DNA of 32,000 nucleotides, taken from positions 114,694 to 146,693 of the forward strand of contig NC_001263.1 in assembly GCF_000008565.1 (NCBI RefSeq), in the 5' to 3' direction. The position numbers and the translations under genes are program-made. The notes below the pieces were generated by a model that was given only the letters and a program-made list of their open reading frames with translations, was not told the DNA's origin and ran no database searches. The DNA comes from Deinococcus radiodurans R1 = ATCC 13939 = DSM 20539 (lineage in GTDB: Bacteria; Deinococcota; Deinococci; Deinococcales; Deinococcaceae). Below, piece by piece: positions 1 through 10,831 of the stretch. Numbering within the stretch: position 1 is the first letter of the stretch; every line of letters starts with the position of its first letter.

Positions 1-1
1 G

Positions 2-589
2 CGCGCTGGCGCCCAGGGTCCCCAGGGCGAAGCCGGCCCCGTCGGTCCCCAGGGTCCTGCGGGCGTTGCGGGTGCGACTGGCCCCCAGGGTCCTCAGGGT
101 GAAGCTGGTCCCGTCGGTCCCCAGGGCCCCCAGGGTGAGCGCGGCGAGAAGGGTGACCCCTACATTCCGCCCGCCGAGCCCTTCCGCTACGGCAACTACG
201 TGGGCGCGGCCTACTACAGCATCCTCCAGCAGAACGTGGGCCAGATGGTCCGCATCACCGCCGGCAACGACCAGATCTACGGCGGCTTCGGCGTGCGCGT
301 GACCGGCGACGTGGCCCTGCGCGGCGAAACCCCCGGCAACAGCCTCAGCGGCGCCGTGACCTACCGCGGCACCACCGGGCGCTTCGACGGCATCCTGGGC
401 GTGGGCGCCGGCTACAACTTCAAGAACGCCTCCACCTTCGGCGAGCTGTCCATCGGCGTGGACTACCGCGTCGTGGACCGCGTGGCGATTTTCGCCGAAG
501 CCCGTCAGCACTACTACTTCAACGGCAACATCAACCCCAACTCGCGTAACCTCAGCTCTATCGCGGCAGGGTTCAAGGTTCGCTTCTAA
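2..589 (+). CDS. Collagen-like (G-X-Y)n repeat protein with OMP beta-barrel-like C-terminal domain; 5' end lies outside the window
   Basis: The frame is open from the window edge. Nt 8-160 encode 17 uninterrupted G-X-Y triplets ([19 protein letters not shown]...GERGEKGDP). About 140 aa follow with alternating hydrophobic/aromatic beta-strand patterns, ending ...AAGFKVRF* (terminal Phe, typical of OMP barrels). The listed 200..589 ORF is only the part after an internal GTG. Confidence 0.6.
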   Translation, partial: RAGAQGPQGEAGPVGPQGPAGVAGATGPQGPQGEAGPVGPQGPQGERGEKGDPYIPPAEPFRYGNYVGAAYYSILQQNVGQMVRITAGNDQIYGGFGVRVTGDVALRGETPGNSLSGAVTYRGTTGRFDGILGVGAGYNFKNASTFGELSIGVDYRVVDRVAIFAEARQHYYFNGNINPNSRNLSSIAAGFKVRF

Positions 590-599
590 GCACGGCCTG

Positions 600-636
600 A
601 AAAAATCCCCCCGGTGGCAATCCGGGGGGTTTTTTG
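600..636. terminator. Bidirectional rho-independent terminator between the collagen-like gene and accC
   Basis: Stem CCCCCCGG (607-614) / CCGGGGGG (622-629) with a 7-nt loop. An A-run lies on the 5' side and a T-run (630-635) on the 3' side. Confidence 0.7.
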
Positions 637-702
637 TTGATGGTGGATGGAAGATGGTTGATAGAGCAGGGCTTTTTCCATCAACCATTACCTCTCAACC
701 AT

Positions 703-2040
<1,338 letters not shown>

Positions 2041-2065
2041 GTTTTGCCTCCGGCAAAAGATCGAA

Positions 2066-2123
2066 GAGTCTAAGGGTCTAGAGGTCTAAGGCCGTTCTTA
2101 GACTCTCAGACCCTTAGACCCTC
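2066..2123. repeat. Long imperfect palindrome built from GTCTAAG/CTTAGAC 9-mers, filling the accB-accC spacer
   Basis: Left arm gagtctaagggtctagaggtctaag (2066-2090), loop gccgtt, right arm cttagactctcagacccttagaccctc (2097-2123). The arms pair as 7 bp + 12 bp around a small internal mismatch. Confidence 0.5.
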
Positions 2124-2128
2124 GGACA

Positions 2129-2692
2129 TCACTCGATCATGAACAGCGTCTGGCCGTACTCCACCGGCTCGGCGTTCTTCACCAGAATCTCGCGAATCAC
2201 GCCGCTTTGCTCGGCCTCGATTTCGTTCATCAGCTTCATCGCTTCGATGATGCACAGCACCTGCCCGCTTTCCACGCGGTCGCCCACCTTGACGTAGGGC
2301 GCAGCGTCGGGGCTGCTCGCCGAGTAGAAGGTGCCGACGATGGGCGCCTTGACCGGGGTGCCTGCGCTGGCGACTGGCGCGGAGGCCGCAGCGGGAGCGG
2401 CTTCGGCGGGCGCGGCGGGAGCAGGTGCCGCTTCGGGAGCGGGAGCCGCAGGCGCACTCGGCGCGGCAGGGGCCTGGGGTGCGGGCATCGGAGCAAAGCC
2501 GCCCATCATCGGCTGGGGCAAGGGCGGCATCTGGGGATAGCTCAGCTGCGGCGCGCTTCGGGGCAGGCACTGGGGCGAACGCCTGCGGGCACGCTTGAGG
2601 GCGAGGTCGAAGCTGCCGGTCTTCAGGGCGAATTCGCGCACGTCGGCATGGGTCAGGGCATCGAGAATTTTCTTCAGGTCATCCGGGTTCAT
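2129..2692 (-). CDS. accB: Biotin carboxyl carrier protein of acetyl-CoA carboxylase
   Basis: 187 aa. A Pro/Ala-rich linker is followed by a biotinyl domain with the [12 protein letters not shown] motif. RBS AAGGAGG. Confidence 0.95.
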   Translation of the reverse strand: MNPDDLKKILDALTHADVREFALKTGSFDLALKRARRRSPQCLPRSAPQLSYPQMPPLPQPMMGGFAPMPAPQAPAAPSAPAAPAPEAAPAPAAPAEAAPAAASAPVASAGTPVKAPIVGTFYSASSPDAAPYVKVGDRVESGQVLCIIEAMKLMNEIEAEQSGVIREILVKNAEPVEYGQTLFMIE

Positions 2693-2839
2693 GGCCCCTC
2701 CTTGAGTCTGCGGGATTGGTGTCTCGGGGACTGGGCGTCTCTAAGACTGAGTTGCGACTTGGCGGTTCCTATCATGCCCCTTTTTGTGAGGACTGGGGTG
2801 TCACCACCAACCTAACGCCCGTTTGGCTGGACGCGGTTC

Positions 2840-2876
2840 AAAAAAACTGCCGCCCGAACGCAGGTCCAGGCGGCAG
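2840..2876 (-). terminator. Rho-independent terminator downstream of efp
   Basis: Stem CTGCCGCC (2847-2854) / GGCGGCAG (2869-2876). The A7 run on the plus strand gives a U-tract on the minus-strand transcript. Confidence 0.7.
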
Positions 2877-2890
2877 GAAAGAGCAGTGCC

Positions 2891-3448
<558 letters not shown>

Positions 3449-3538
3449 TGTTCTCCTTATTTTGTCCGGGGCCACGGTGCAGGCGGGCTTCGCCTGGGGC
3501 CACGCGGCAACAGAGAGAAGTCTAGCAAAAGACCCCGC

Positions 3539-4651
3539 TCAGCGACTCCAACGCCCGCCCACTTCGTAGGCCAGCCCCTGAAGCTGCAACATGACGAGCG
3601 CGGTCTGCAACTCGGGAATGCTCAGGCCAGTTGTGGCGGCAAGGTCGTCCAATGTGGCCGGGGTTTGCAGCGCCCGCAGCACCCGCGCTTGCTCGGGCGG
3701 CAGGTCGGGCACCGCTGGGGCAGGGGCCAGGCCCCAGTTCAGCTCGGTCAGCACGTCCTGCGCCGACTCGGTGAGGACAGCCCCGTCACGAATCAGGGCG
3801 TGGGGGCCACTCGCGCGGGGGTCGCCGGCCCGCCCCGGCACGGCGAACACGGTGCGCCCGCAGTCCAGCGCGTGAGTAGCGGTGATGAGCGAACCGGACT
3901 TGCGCTCGCCTTCCACCACCAGCACGCCCGCCGAGAGCGCGGCGATGACGCGGTTGCGGCTCGGGAAGTGGTGCTGCGCCGGGCCGGTGCCGAGCGGATA
4001 CTCGCTGACGACCACCATTCGCCCGGCGAGGTCATGGTTTTCACGCGGATAAATCACGTCCACCGCGCTGCCGAGCACCCCGATGGTGGGGCTGCTCGCC
4101 TCCCCGCTTGCAGCTTCCAGGGCTGCCGTGTGCGCCGCCGTGTCCACCCCCCGCGCCAGCCCGCTGACGATGAGGACGCCTGCTGCTGCCAGCTCGCCTG
4201 CGATGGTCCGGGTCAGCGCCAGCGCGTGGGGACTCGCTGCCCGCGTGCCCACGATGCCCACCGAGTGCGGCACGGTGCCGAGCCCGGCGAGCAGCTCGGC
4301 GCCGCCCGCGCCCCGCACCCACAGCACGGCGGGCGGATCACCCAGGGCTTCCAGCGCCGCCGGATAGCCGGGCAAACCGCGTCCGAGCAGGGTGACGCCG
4401 CGCTCTGCCGCCTTGTTCAGTTCGGCCCGCGCCTCCTCTGCCGCTTTTGCCCCGCCAATCGCCGCCACCGAACGCGAGTCCAGCCCCTCCACCCGCCGCA
4501 GCTCGGTCAGAGGCGCCGCCAGTGCCGCCTCCGCGCTGCCGAAATGCCGCCGCAGGTTTTCGATGCGCCGTGGCCCCAGTCCGGGCGTAAACCGCAGGGT
4601 GAGCAGGGCCAGCAGTTCGGCGTGGGCGGCAGCAGGGGAGGGAAGGGTCAC
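3539..4651 (-). CDS. dprA: DNA processing protein DprA (Smf family)
   Basis: 370 aa. N-terminal SAM/HhH-like region, Rossmann-like core [43 protein letters not shown], and a C-terminal winged-helix-like tail. GTG start. Confidence 0.9.
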   Translation of the reverse strand: MTLPSPAAAHAELLALLTLRFTPGLGPRRIENLRRHFGSAEAALAAPLTELRRVEGLDSRSVAAIGGAKAAEEARAELNKAAERGVTLLGRGLPGYPAALEALGDPPAVLWVRGAGGAELLAGLGTVPHSVGIVGTRAASPHALALTRTIAGELAAAGVLIVSGLARGVDTAAHTAALEAASGEASSPTIGVLGSAVDVIYPRENHDLAGRMVVVSEYPLGTGPAQHHFPSRNRVIAALSAGVLVVEGERKSGSLITATHALDCGRTVFAVPGRAGDPRASGPHALIRDGAVLTESAQDVLTELNWGLAPAPAVPDLPPEQARVLRALQTPATLDDLAATTGLSIPELQTALVMLQLQGLAYEVGGRWSR

Positions 4652-4695
4652 GGCGCGAGAATAGGCGGGGCGCTCCTACAGGCTTGTTACGCGCC

Positions 4696-4743
4696 AAAAA
4701 AAGAGCGGAGGCCCGAACACTCCCGGCGCTCTGCCTCCGCTCT
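4696..4743 (-). terminator. Rho-independent terminator, 144 nt downstream of the TPR gene stop
   Basis: 11-bp stem AGAGCGGAGGC (4702-4712) / GCCTCCGCTCT (4733-4743). The A7 run on the plus strand gives U7 on the minus transcript. Confidence 0.7.
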
Positions 4744-4886
4744 CCTGCTGCCTTCCATGGATTCCGCTCAATTCCAGTCCAGTCGCAAAAGCGCCGCCTG
4801 CACTTCCATACCGCAGAATCCGTATTTTTTCTTCGTGCATCCGCTTGGATTGAAGCCAAAACAGCTAGCTTCAATCGGAATTCGTC

Positions 4887-6050
4887 TTACTTGCCCTGCT
4901 GCGCCAGTTTCAGGAAGTAGGCGCTCGTCTTGTCGCCCGGGTCCAGCGCGACGGCGCGGCCATAGGCTTCGGCGGCTCCGGCGTAGTTTTTCGCCTCGTA
5001 GCGCACGCGGCCCAGCCAGGCCCAGGCCTTGCCGTAGTTGGCACTTGCGGTGGTGGCCTGAAGAAAACCGGCCTCGGCACCCGCCTTGTCGCCCGCCGAG
5101 TACTTGCCGTAGGCCGTACGGAAGGTCTGGACGGCTCTCAGGCCATATTGCTGCCCTTCCTGCGCCAGCCCGAGGTTGTAGCGGTCACTGTCGGTGGCGC
5201 CCGGCAGCGCGGCGAGGGCTTGATAGGCGCTTAGCGCCGCACCCGTGTCCCCGGCTTCCAGGGCGAGGCGGCCCGCTTCGCGCTGGGCTTCGGGGAAGTT
5301 GGGGGCCGAGCGGGCGGCTTCCTGGAACCCGGCGAGGGCCTCGGCGCGGCGCCCGGCGTCCAGGCTGGCGTAGGCGCGGCTGAAGGCCTGGGTCGCGGCG
5401 GGGCCGTAGGTGCTCGCGTTGCGGGCGACCTGGGCGAAGTAGTTCAGCGTCTTGTCGGTGGGCGCGAGGCTCAGTGCCTGGGTGTAGAGGTTTTGCGCGA
5501 GCGCGTAGTCCCCGCTTTCTAGCGCGGTGCGGGCGGCCCAGGTCGCGCAGGGCACGCTCTGGGGGTCGAGCGTCAGGCAGGCTTTGAAATACGCGGCGGC
5601 CTGCGCCGACTGCCCGCGCGTGTAGGCCGCGTAGCCGAGGTTGTACTGCACGTTGCCGGCAGCGCGCGCTTCGTTTTGCCCGGCAGCGACGGGGGCCACA
5701 GCGAAATACGCCCGCCAGCTCGACTCGGCCTGTTTCCAGAAGCCGACTTCGGTGTAGATCTGGGCGCGCAGACGCAGCACGTCGGGGTTGTTGGGGGCGG
5801 CGCTCACGGCGGCTTCGGCGCGGTCGGCGGCCTGTTTCCACAGCGGCTGGTCGATGCTGGCACTGCCCGCCGGATACGTGGTGCGGGCGCGGTTCGTCAG
5901 GTCACGGGCCTCGGCGGCGAGCTGTGCGGCGTTGGCTGGAGCGGCTGTGGTGGGGGCCGCTTGCGTGGGGACGTTCGGGGCGGTCTGGGCCAGCCCCGCG
6001 CCACTCAGGGCGAGGGAGACGGTCAGCAGAAGATTCAGGGTGCTTTTCAT
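4887..6050 (-). CDS. Secreted tetratricopeptide (TPR) repeat protein
   Basis: I placed the start at the ATG at 6050, which follows a GGAGG RBS. Signal peptide [23 protein letters not shown], then repeated A/Y/G-rich TPR-like helices (AxxYxxAL..P). The 613-aa ORF-track version extends upstream through Arg-rich, non-protein-like sequence. Confidence 0.8.
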   Translation of the reverse strand: MKSTLNLLLTVSLALSGAGLAQTAPNVPTQAAPTTAAPANAAQLAAEARDLTNRARTTYPAGSASIDQPLWKQAADRAEAAVSAAPNNPDVLRLRAQIYTEVGFWKQAESSWRAYFAVAPVAAGQNEARAAGNVQYNLGYAAYTRGQSAQAAAYFKACLTLDPQSVPCATWAARTALESGDYALAQNLYTQALSLAPTDKTLNYFAQVARNASTYGPAATQAFSRAYASLDAGRRAEALAGFQEAARSAPNFPEAQREAGRLALEAGDTGAALSAYQALAALPGATDSDRYNLGLAQEGQQYGLRAVQTFRTAYGKYSAGDKAGAEAGFLQATTASANYGKAWAWLGRVRYEAKNYAGAAEAYGRAVALDPGDKTSAYFLKLAQQGK

Positions 6051-6194
6051 GGGAAACCTCCAGTCGGGTGGACGGGTTGTCGGTGGGGGACGTTCGCTTC
6101 TCATTCTTCGCACGTGGCGGCGGGAGAGGCGTGGGTTTGCCATGAGGAAGCCTTCAGGCGGCTCAAGGCCGGGCCACGCCGTACCCTGCGGGGG

Positions 6195-7037
6195 ATGAAC
6201 GGCATTCTCTGGCTGGCCCTGGACGGCGTGGGGCACCCCGCAGACGCGCCGCCCGGCTCGGTGTGGGAGCAGGACCTGCCGACGCTGCGGGCCGTGGTGG
6301 ATGCGGGCCCCGCGCTCGACGCGACCCTCGGCGTGCCGGGCCTGCCGCAGTCGGGCACCGGCCAAAGCTGCTGGCTGACCGGCACGGACGCGGTGCGCCT
6401 GATGGGCGAGCACTTCGGGCCGGTGCCGGGGCCGACGCTTCAAGCCCTGCTGCGCGAGCATGGTCTGCCGGGCCGCCTGACCGCCGCCGGGGGGCGCGCC
6501 GCGCTGGTCAACGCCTACTCGCCCGCTTACCTCGCGGGCGGGGGCCGCCGCAACCGCCTGGGCTGTTTTCCCTACGCTTTCCGGGCGGCGGGCCTGCCGC
6601 TCAATTCGCCGGACGTGCCCGCGCTGGGAGCCGGTCTGGGGCTGGCCTACGCTTCGCCCTGGGCCGAGACGGCGCCGGAAGAAGACCTCACGCGGCTGGG
6701 CGAGGAGCTGGCCGGGGCGCTGGGCCAATACGACCTGCTGGTGGCCGACTTATGGCTAGGCGACCTGCTGGGCCACCAGGGCCGCGAAGGGGTGCCGCCC
6801 GAAGTCCTCACCGCCGGGCAGGCCTACCTGCGCCGGGTGGACCGCCTGCTGACTGGGGCGGTGCAGGCCGGGGCGCGGGTCATCGTGAGCAGCGACCACG
6901 GCAATCTGGAAGACCTGAGCGTCAAATCACACACCCTGGCCCGCGTGCCCTTCGGCGCGGCGGGCTTGCCCCTCCCGCCAGTGGCCGACATCGTGCAGGG
7001 AGGCGGGCAGATAGGACACTGGCTGGGGCTGCCCTGA
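6195..7037 (+). CDS. Alkaline-phosphatase-superfamily metalloenzyme (iPGM/phosphopentomutase-like)
   Basis: The internal ATG at 6195 gives [15 protein letters not shown]... (metal-binding Asp), an SGTGQ segment and a C-terminal [10 protein letters not shown] metal-binding motif. The upstream part of ORF 5676..7037 overlaps the TPR gene in antisense. Confidence 0.65.
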   Translation: MNGILWLALDGVGHPADAPPGSVWEQDLPTLRAVVDAGPALDATLGVPGLPQSGTGQSCWLTGTDAVRLMGEHFGPVPGPTLQALLREHGLPGRLTAAGGRAALVNAYSPAYLAGGGRRNRLGCFPYAFRAAGLPLNSPDVPALGAGLGLAYASPWAETAPEEDLTRLGEELAGALGQYDLLVADLWLGDLLGHQGREGVPPEVLTAGQAYLRRVDRLLTGAVQAGARVIVSSDHGNLEDLSVKSHTLARVPFGAAGLPLPPVADIVQGGGQIGHWLGLP

Positions 7038-7207
7038 CGGAACCGGCTCCGACAGCTCTGACTCGCAAGCCGCGCCAGGACGAATCTTTTCCACAGGGGG
7101 TGTTGAAAGGCTGCGCACGCCCTCTTTTCCTGCACCTGGTTCAAACAACGAAAACGCCGTCCAGCAAACAAAAAACGCTGAACAGTCATGCTTGAAAATC
7201 CGCTTCA

Positions 7208-7247
7208 AAAGTTATCCACAGTGAAACGTAGACCTGTGGATAACTTT
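7208..7247. terminator. 14-bp-stem hairpin next to the trpF stop codon; each arm carries a perfect DnaA box
   Basis: AAAGTTATCCACAG (7208-7221) pairs with CTGTGGATAACTTT (7234-7247) around a 12-nt loop. T-rich tracts follow in both directions. TTATCCACA lies at 7212-7220 (+) and 7235-7243 (-). Confidence 0.6.
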
Positions 7248-7250
7248 GTT

Positions 7251-7877
7251 TTACGAGCGTTTTACGGCGTCTATGAACGCTTCGACGGCCTGTGGATTCT
7301 TGAGGCCGGGCGAGGCTTCGAGCCGGCTCACCGCGTCCACCCCGGCGGGCCGCAGCGTGGCGATGGCCTGCGCCACGTTGTCCGGTCCCAGACCGCCCGC
7401 GAGCCAGCTGCCCGGCGGAAAGTGGGGGACCAGCGCCGCCCAGTCGAGCGGCTGCCCGCTGCCGGGCTGCGGGGCGTCGAGCATCAGGGTGACGCCGGGG
7501 GTTGCCTGCACAGTTGCGGCCTGCACGTTCCCGGCCTGAAGCTCCTCCGGGCCCAGAACGCGCAAGACGGGATAATACCCGGCCACCGCCGCCACGTATA
7601 CCCCCGGCAGCGGGCCGTGCAGCTGCACCGCGCTGACCCGCGCCGCCTCCGCCGTCCGCAGCACCTCGTCGAGTGACTGCCCCATGAAAACGCCTATGCG
7701 CGCCACGCTCGGCCCCACGTTCAGGCTGATGCCGCGGGCCTGGCTTGCCGTGACCCGTCGCTTGCTGCCCGGCGCGAAGATGAAGCCCAGCGCGTCGGCC
7801 CCCGCTGCGGCGGCGTGCAGGGCGTCGGGGAGGGTGGTGGTGCCGCAGACCTTGACCCTGACTTTGCCCTCACTCAC
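7251..7877 (-). CDS. trpF: Phosphoribosylanthranilate isomerase
   Basis: 208 aa. [35 protein letters not shown]... is a TrpF-type TIM barrel. The GTG start overlaps the upstream ORF's stop by 8 nt. Confidence 0.9.
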   Translation of the reverse strand: MSEGKVRVKVCGTTTLPDALHAAAAGADALGFIFAPGSKRRVTASQARGISLNVGPSVARIGVFMGQSLDEVLRTAEAARVSAVQLHGPLPGVYVAAVAGYYPVLRVLGPEELQAGNVQAATVQATPGVTLMLDAPQPGSGQPLDWAALVPHFPPGSWLAGGLGPDNVAQAIATLRPAGVDAVSRLEASPGLKNPQAVEAFIDAVKRS

Positions 7878-8154
7878 GCGCCGCCTCCAGAGCTGCGATG
7901 CGCTCCTCCAGCTCGCGGTTCTTGCGAATCAGCGCCAGGAAGACCAGCGCGTAGTGGTCGTAGAGCTTGGGCCGCTCCAGCTTCGTCTCGTTCGTCATCC
8001 AACCGAACAGCAGCCGCTCGGCCTCGCGCAGCACCTCGTCGTCGGGCACTTCGCGGAAAGTGCGGTCTTGCAAGATGGTGCGGGCAAAATTCAGCTCGCG
8101 GTCGGGGTCGAGTTCGCGGGACGGCTCTTCGGCGGGAACGTGGCGGCGGAACAT
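7870..8154 (-). CDS. Hypothetical protein (94 aa), translationally coupled to trpF
   Basis: High-GC3 ORF with a helical, charged C-terminus ([18 protein letters not shown]). I recognise no domain. Confidence 0.55.
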   Translation of the reverse strand: MFRRHVPAEEPSRELDPDRELNFARTILQDRTFREVPDDEVLREAERLLFGWMTNETKLERPKLYDHYALVFLALIRKNRELEERIAALEAARE

Positions 8155-8164
8155 AGGGGTGATG

Positions 8165-8680
8165 TTAAGCGGTGGCCGTGAGCCGGTCCCACACCAGCCG
8201 CACTTCGGTCAGCTCGCCGTCCACCTTCTCGCCCGCCTCCCGCGCTCCCTGCGCCGCGTACCACTGCCGGGTCGGGTTGGCGGCAAGCACCCACAGCGCG
8301 AGGTTGTCGCCGCCGTCCGCTTGCACCTGACCTATGACCGCGTGAAGCAGCGCCTTGCCGATGCCCTGGCCCTGCACCCGCTTCAGGCTGTAGAGGGTCA
8401 TCAGTTCTGAGCCGTAGCCGGGATGGTCCCGCGCCGGGCCGACGGAAGCGAAGGCCACTATCCCCCCGCCTTGCTCGGCCACGAACACGTCTTCCAGATT
8501 CTTTGCAATGGTCGCCCGCCAGCTTTCCTCGCGGCGCTGACGGGCGGCCTCGTTGGTGGCGCGGTCCAGAAATTCAGGAGAAATCAGGCCGGTGTAGGTC
8601 TCGCGCCAGCTCTGGACATGAATGTGGGCGATGGCGGGCGCGTCGCCTTCCACGGCGCGGCGGATGGTGAAGGGGGCCAT
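8165..8680 (-). CDS. GNAT family N-acetyltransferase
   Basis: 171 aa. Contains an acetyl-CoA-binding-like motif, VQGQGIGKALL, and has the length and pattern of a GNAT fold. Confidence 0.85.
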   Translation of the reverse strand: MAPFTIRRAVEGDAPAIAHIHVQSWRETYTGLISPEFLDRATNEAARQRREESWRATIAKNLEDVFVAEQGGGIVAFASVGPARDHPGYGSELMTLYSLKRVQGQGIGKALLHAVIGQVQADGGDNLALWVLAANPTRQWYAAQGAREAGEKVDGELTEVRLVWDRLTATA

Positions 8681-8899
8681 GCGTCAGTGTAAAGACGCTG
8701 GCCCCCTTGTGGGTTTGCCTTCTGGCTGAGAGCAGTGGACAGAAAAAGCCCCCCTCACCCCTTGCTTCGCAAGGCCCTCTCCCACCAGGGTAGAGGGTCA
8801 AAACTGCAAGACATTCTTATGTCCAATGCTTTTCTGAAATTCACTCGCTTCGCTTGGCCAACAGCCAGCAAAAAACACGCCCTCTTGCTGAAAAATGCT

Positions 8900-9838
8900 T
8901 TATTTCTGCAAGTCGCGCAATTTCGTGTACAGCTCTTTTTCCTCGTCGCTGAGGTCTTTGGGCACCGTGACATTCAGCCGCACGTACAGGTCGCCGTTAC
9001 CGCCGCTCTTCTTGGGCCAGCCCTGGCCGCGCAGGCGCATCTTGCGTCCGCCGCTGCTGCCTGCCGGGACGTTGAGGTTGCCTGATTTGCCGCTCAGGAG
9101 TTGCACTTTGACCTCACCGCCCAGAGCCGCGACGGGCGCGGGCACATCCACCGTAGTCGTCAGGTCGTCGCCGTCAAGTTCAAAGCGGGCATCTTCCAGC
9201 ACCCGGATGGTCAGCAGCACGTCGCCGCCGCCCGGGCCCTGACCCGCCAGCCGCAGCCGGGCGCCGTCGCGGGTGCCGGCAGGAACGCGCAGCGAGAGGC
9301 GCTTGCCGTCTACGTTGATGACCTCGTCGGAGCCTTCCAGCGCCTCACGCAGCGTCACCTGCAACTCGCCTTCCACGTTCTGCACGAACCGCCGCCCGGC
9401 CCCGGCCCCGCCCAGACCACCGCTGGCGCCGCCGAACAGGTCGTCGAGGTTGACCTGACCGCCAGCAAAGCCGCCCCGGCCTCCCATTCCGCCCATTCCG
9501 CCGCGTCCGCCGAACATCTGCTGGAAGAAGTCCGAGAACTGGCCGGGGTCGAAGCCGCCGAAGTCGCCACCCTGGAACCCGCCGCCCATGCCGGCGTCGC
9601 CGTAGCCGGGCGGCACTTGCCCGGTGTGGCCGTACTGGTCGTACAGTTTGCGCTTTTCGGGGTCGTTGAGGACCGCGTAGGCTTCGCCGATTTCCTTGAA
9701 CTTGTCGGCGGCCTTCTCGTCACCCTGGTTCTTGTCGGGGTGGTACTGCTTGGCGAGCTTGCGGTAAGCGGATTTGATGTCGGCGTCCGACGCGGAGCGG
9801 GACACGCCGAGCACGTCGTAGTAGTCCTTGTAAGCCAT
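8900..9838 (-). CDS. dnaJ: J-domain co-chaperone, class B (DnaJ/CbpA-like, no zinc finger)
   Basis: J-domain [37 protein letters not shown], a G/F-rich region and C-terminal substrate-binding domains. There are no CxxCxGxG repeats. Confidence 0.9.
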   Translation of the reverse strand: MAYKDYYDVLGVSRSASDADIKSAYRKLAKQYHPDKNQGDEKAADKFKEIGEAYAVLNDPEKRKLYDQYGHTGQVPPGYGDAGMGGGFQGGDFGGFDPGQFSDFFQQMFGGRGGMGGMGGRGGFAGGQVNLDDLFGGASGGLGGAGAGRRFVQNVEGELQVTLREALEGSDEVINVDGKRLSLRVPAGTRDGARLRLAGQGPGGGDVLLTIRVLEDARFELDGDDLTTTVDVPAPVAALGGEVKVQLLSGKSGNLNVPAGSSGGRKMRLRGQGWPKKSGGNGDLYVRLNVTVPKDLSDEEKELYTKLRDLQK

Positions 9839-9862
9839 AAACCTCCTTTCCTTGTGTGGTCG

Positions 9863-10600
9863 TTAGCTGCCGCTGACTGCGGGCAGCGTGTTCAGTTTGT
9901 TGATGACGGCCCGCAGTCCATATGCCTCGGCCATACTGCGCGCCGTGTTGCCGCGCGAGTCTTCCAGCGCGGGGTCGGCACCATGCGCGAGCAGCAGGTC
10001 GAAGAGGTCGGTGCGGGGCGCGCGGGTCTTGCTCTGGTAAGCCTGCCCTTCCACATCCACCGTGTGCAGCAACGGCGGCCAGAAGCGCGGGTCGTTGGCG
10101 TCGGCGCCGCGCCGCAGCAACTCGGCCACCACGCCCGGCTCGTAGTCGCCTGCGCCCAGCGCCGAGCGGTCAATAGCGAGGTTGAGCAGCGGCAACGGCT
10201 CGGCATCGGGCCAGAAATTCACGTCCTGGATGTGCGCCAGCGTGGGCAGAAAGTAGAGCTGCAAGTTCTGCGCGTTCTGCTCCACGTGCCGCAGCATCCA
10301 GCCCAGCGCCGCGTGCAGCTTGGTCTGGCTGACCCCCGTGAAGTCCAGCGCCTGCCCCCGCTTGAGCGCGTCGATCAGAGGGTTGGCGTCCTCACGGCGC
10401 GCCAGCTTGACGTACTCGGCCTCCACCTGCTCGCGCGCCCAGGGTGTCTTGCGCAGAAATTTAAGGCTGCTGCCCACGCTCGGCTCGTTCTGAAAGCACT
10501 TGACGGGCACGCGCCGGGCGAGTTCCTCCCACCCGTACTCGTCGTGCAGGTGGGTGACGATGCGCTCTAAGGTGGCGCCGTGGAGGGGGTTAGTAGTCAA
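9863..10600 (-). CDS. VF530 (DUF2132)-like N-terminal domain fused to ankyrin repeats
   Basis: [60 protein letters not shown] matches the VF530 family as I recall it. The C-terminus has ankyrin-like repeats ([11 protein letters not shown]..., [19 protein letters not shown]). I chose the TTG at 10600, which overlaps the upstream TGA (TTGA). The ORF track's start at 10684 would overlap the upstream gene by 88 nt. Confidence 0.7.
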   Translation of the reverse strand: MTTNPLHGATLERIVTHLHDEYGWEELARRVPVKCFQNEPSVGSSLKFLRKTPWAREQVEAEYVKLARREDANPLIDALKRGQALDFTGVSQTKLHAALGWMLRHVEQNAQNLQLYFLPTLAHIQDVNFWPDAEPLPLLNLAIDRSALGAGDYEPGVVAELLRRGADANDPRFWPPLLHTVDVEGQAYQSKTRAPRTDLFDLLLAHGADPALEDSRGNTARSMAEAYGLRAVINKLNTLPAVSGS

Positions 10601-10821
10601 GAGGGGTTCCAGCCTTTCAGCTTGCGCCAGTGCCGAATGACGCGCCACATCAACATGAACATAATCAGCCAGAGAGCCACGCAAAGGATGGCAACGATGC
10701 TATTTCCAACCCTAACCGCATCCATGAACGCGGTCAGGAAACCTCCACCAACGCCCCCGATAACGAACGCTAGCAATAGAGTTTTCGCTTCCCGGCTCAT
10801 ATTCCCTCCGTCGTCCATCAC
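10597..10821 (-). CDS. Small two-TM membrane protein (74 aa or shorter)
   Basis: Two hydrophobic helices ([19 protein letters not shown]; [18 protein letters not shown]). Codon usage is AT-richer than in the neighbours. It lies between grpE and the VF530/ankyrin gene. Confidence 0.45.
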   Translation of the reverse strand: MMDDGGNMSREAKTLLLAFVIGGVGGGFLTAFMDAVRVGNSIVAILCVALWLIMFMLMWRVIRHWRKLKGWNPS

Positions 10822-10831
10822 CGCTCAACTA

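Noticed and set aside
8-160. Periodic 9-nt/45-nt DNA repeats at the window start, which could be mistaken for a CRISPR-like or tandem non-coding array.
   Set aside because: The periodicity is that of in-frame G-X-Y collagen-like codons inside an open reading frame. There is no spacer/repeat architecture. No CRISPR array is present anywhere in the window.
4744-4886. GGAAGGCAGCAGG on the minus strand resembles the SRP RNA domain IV motif (GGAAGGAAGCAGCC).
   Set aside because: The GGAA tetraloop is not closed by the required helix, and the 5' partner strand of domain IV is missing, so this is not an SRP RNA.
6051-6728. N-terminal extensions in the ORF track: TPR gene to 6728, PPK2 to 17664, nuclease-like gene to 21778, metalloenzyme from 5676, efp to 3475, grpE to 11497 and arsC-like to 20437.
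   Set aside because: The extensions are Arg/Pro-rich and lack RBS support. Internal starts with good Shine-Dalgarno motifs give proteins that begin at the expected family N-termini or signal peptides.
7208-7247. Possibility that the paired DnaA boxes mark a replication origin.
   Set aside because: There are only two boxes, forced by one palindrome. There is no cluster of further boxes, no AT-rich unwinding element and no dnaA/dnaN nearby. The element doubles as a terminator hairpin.
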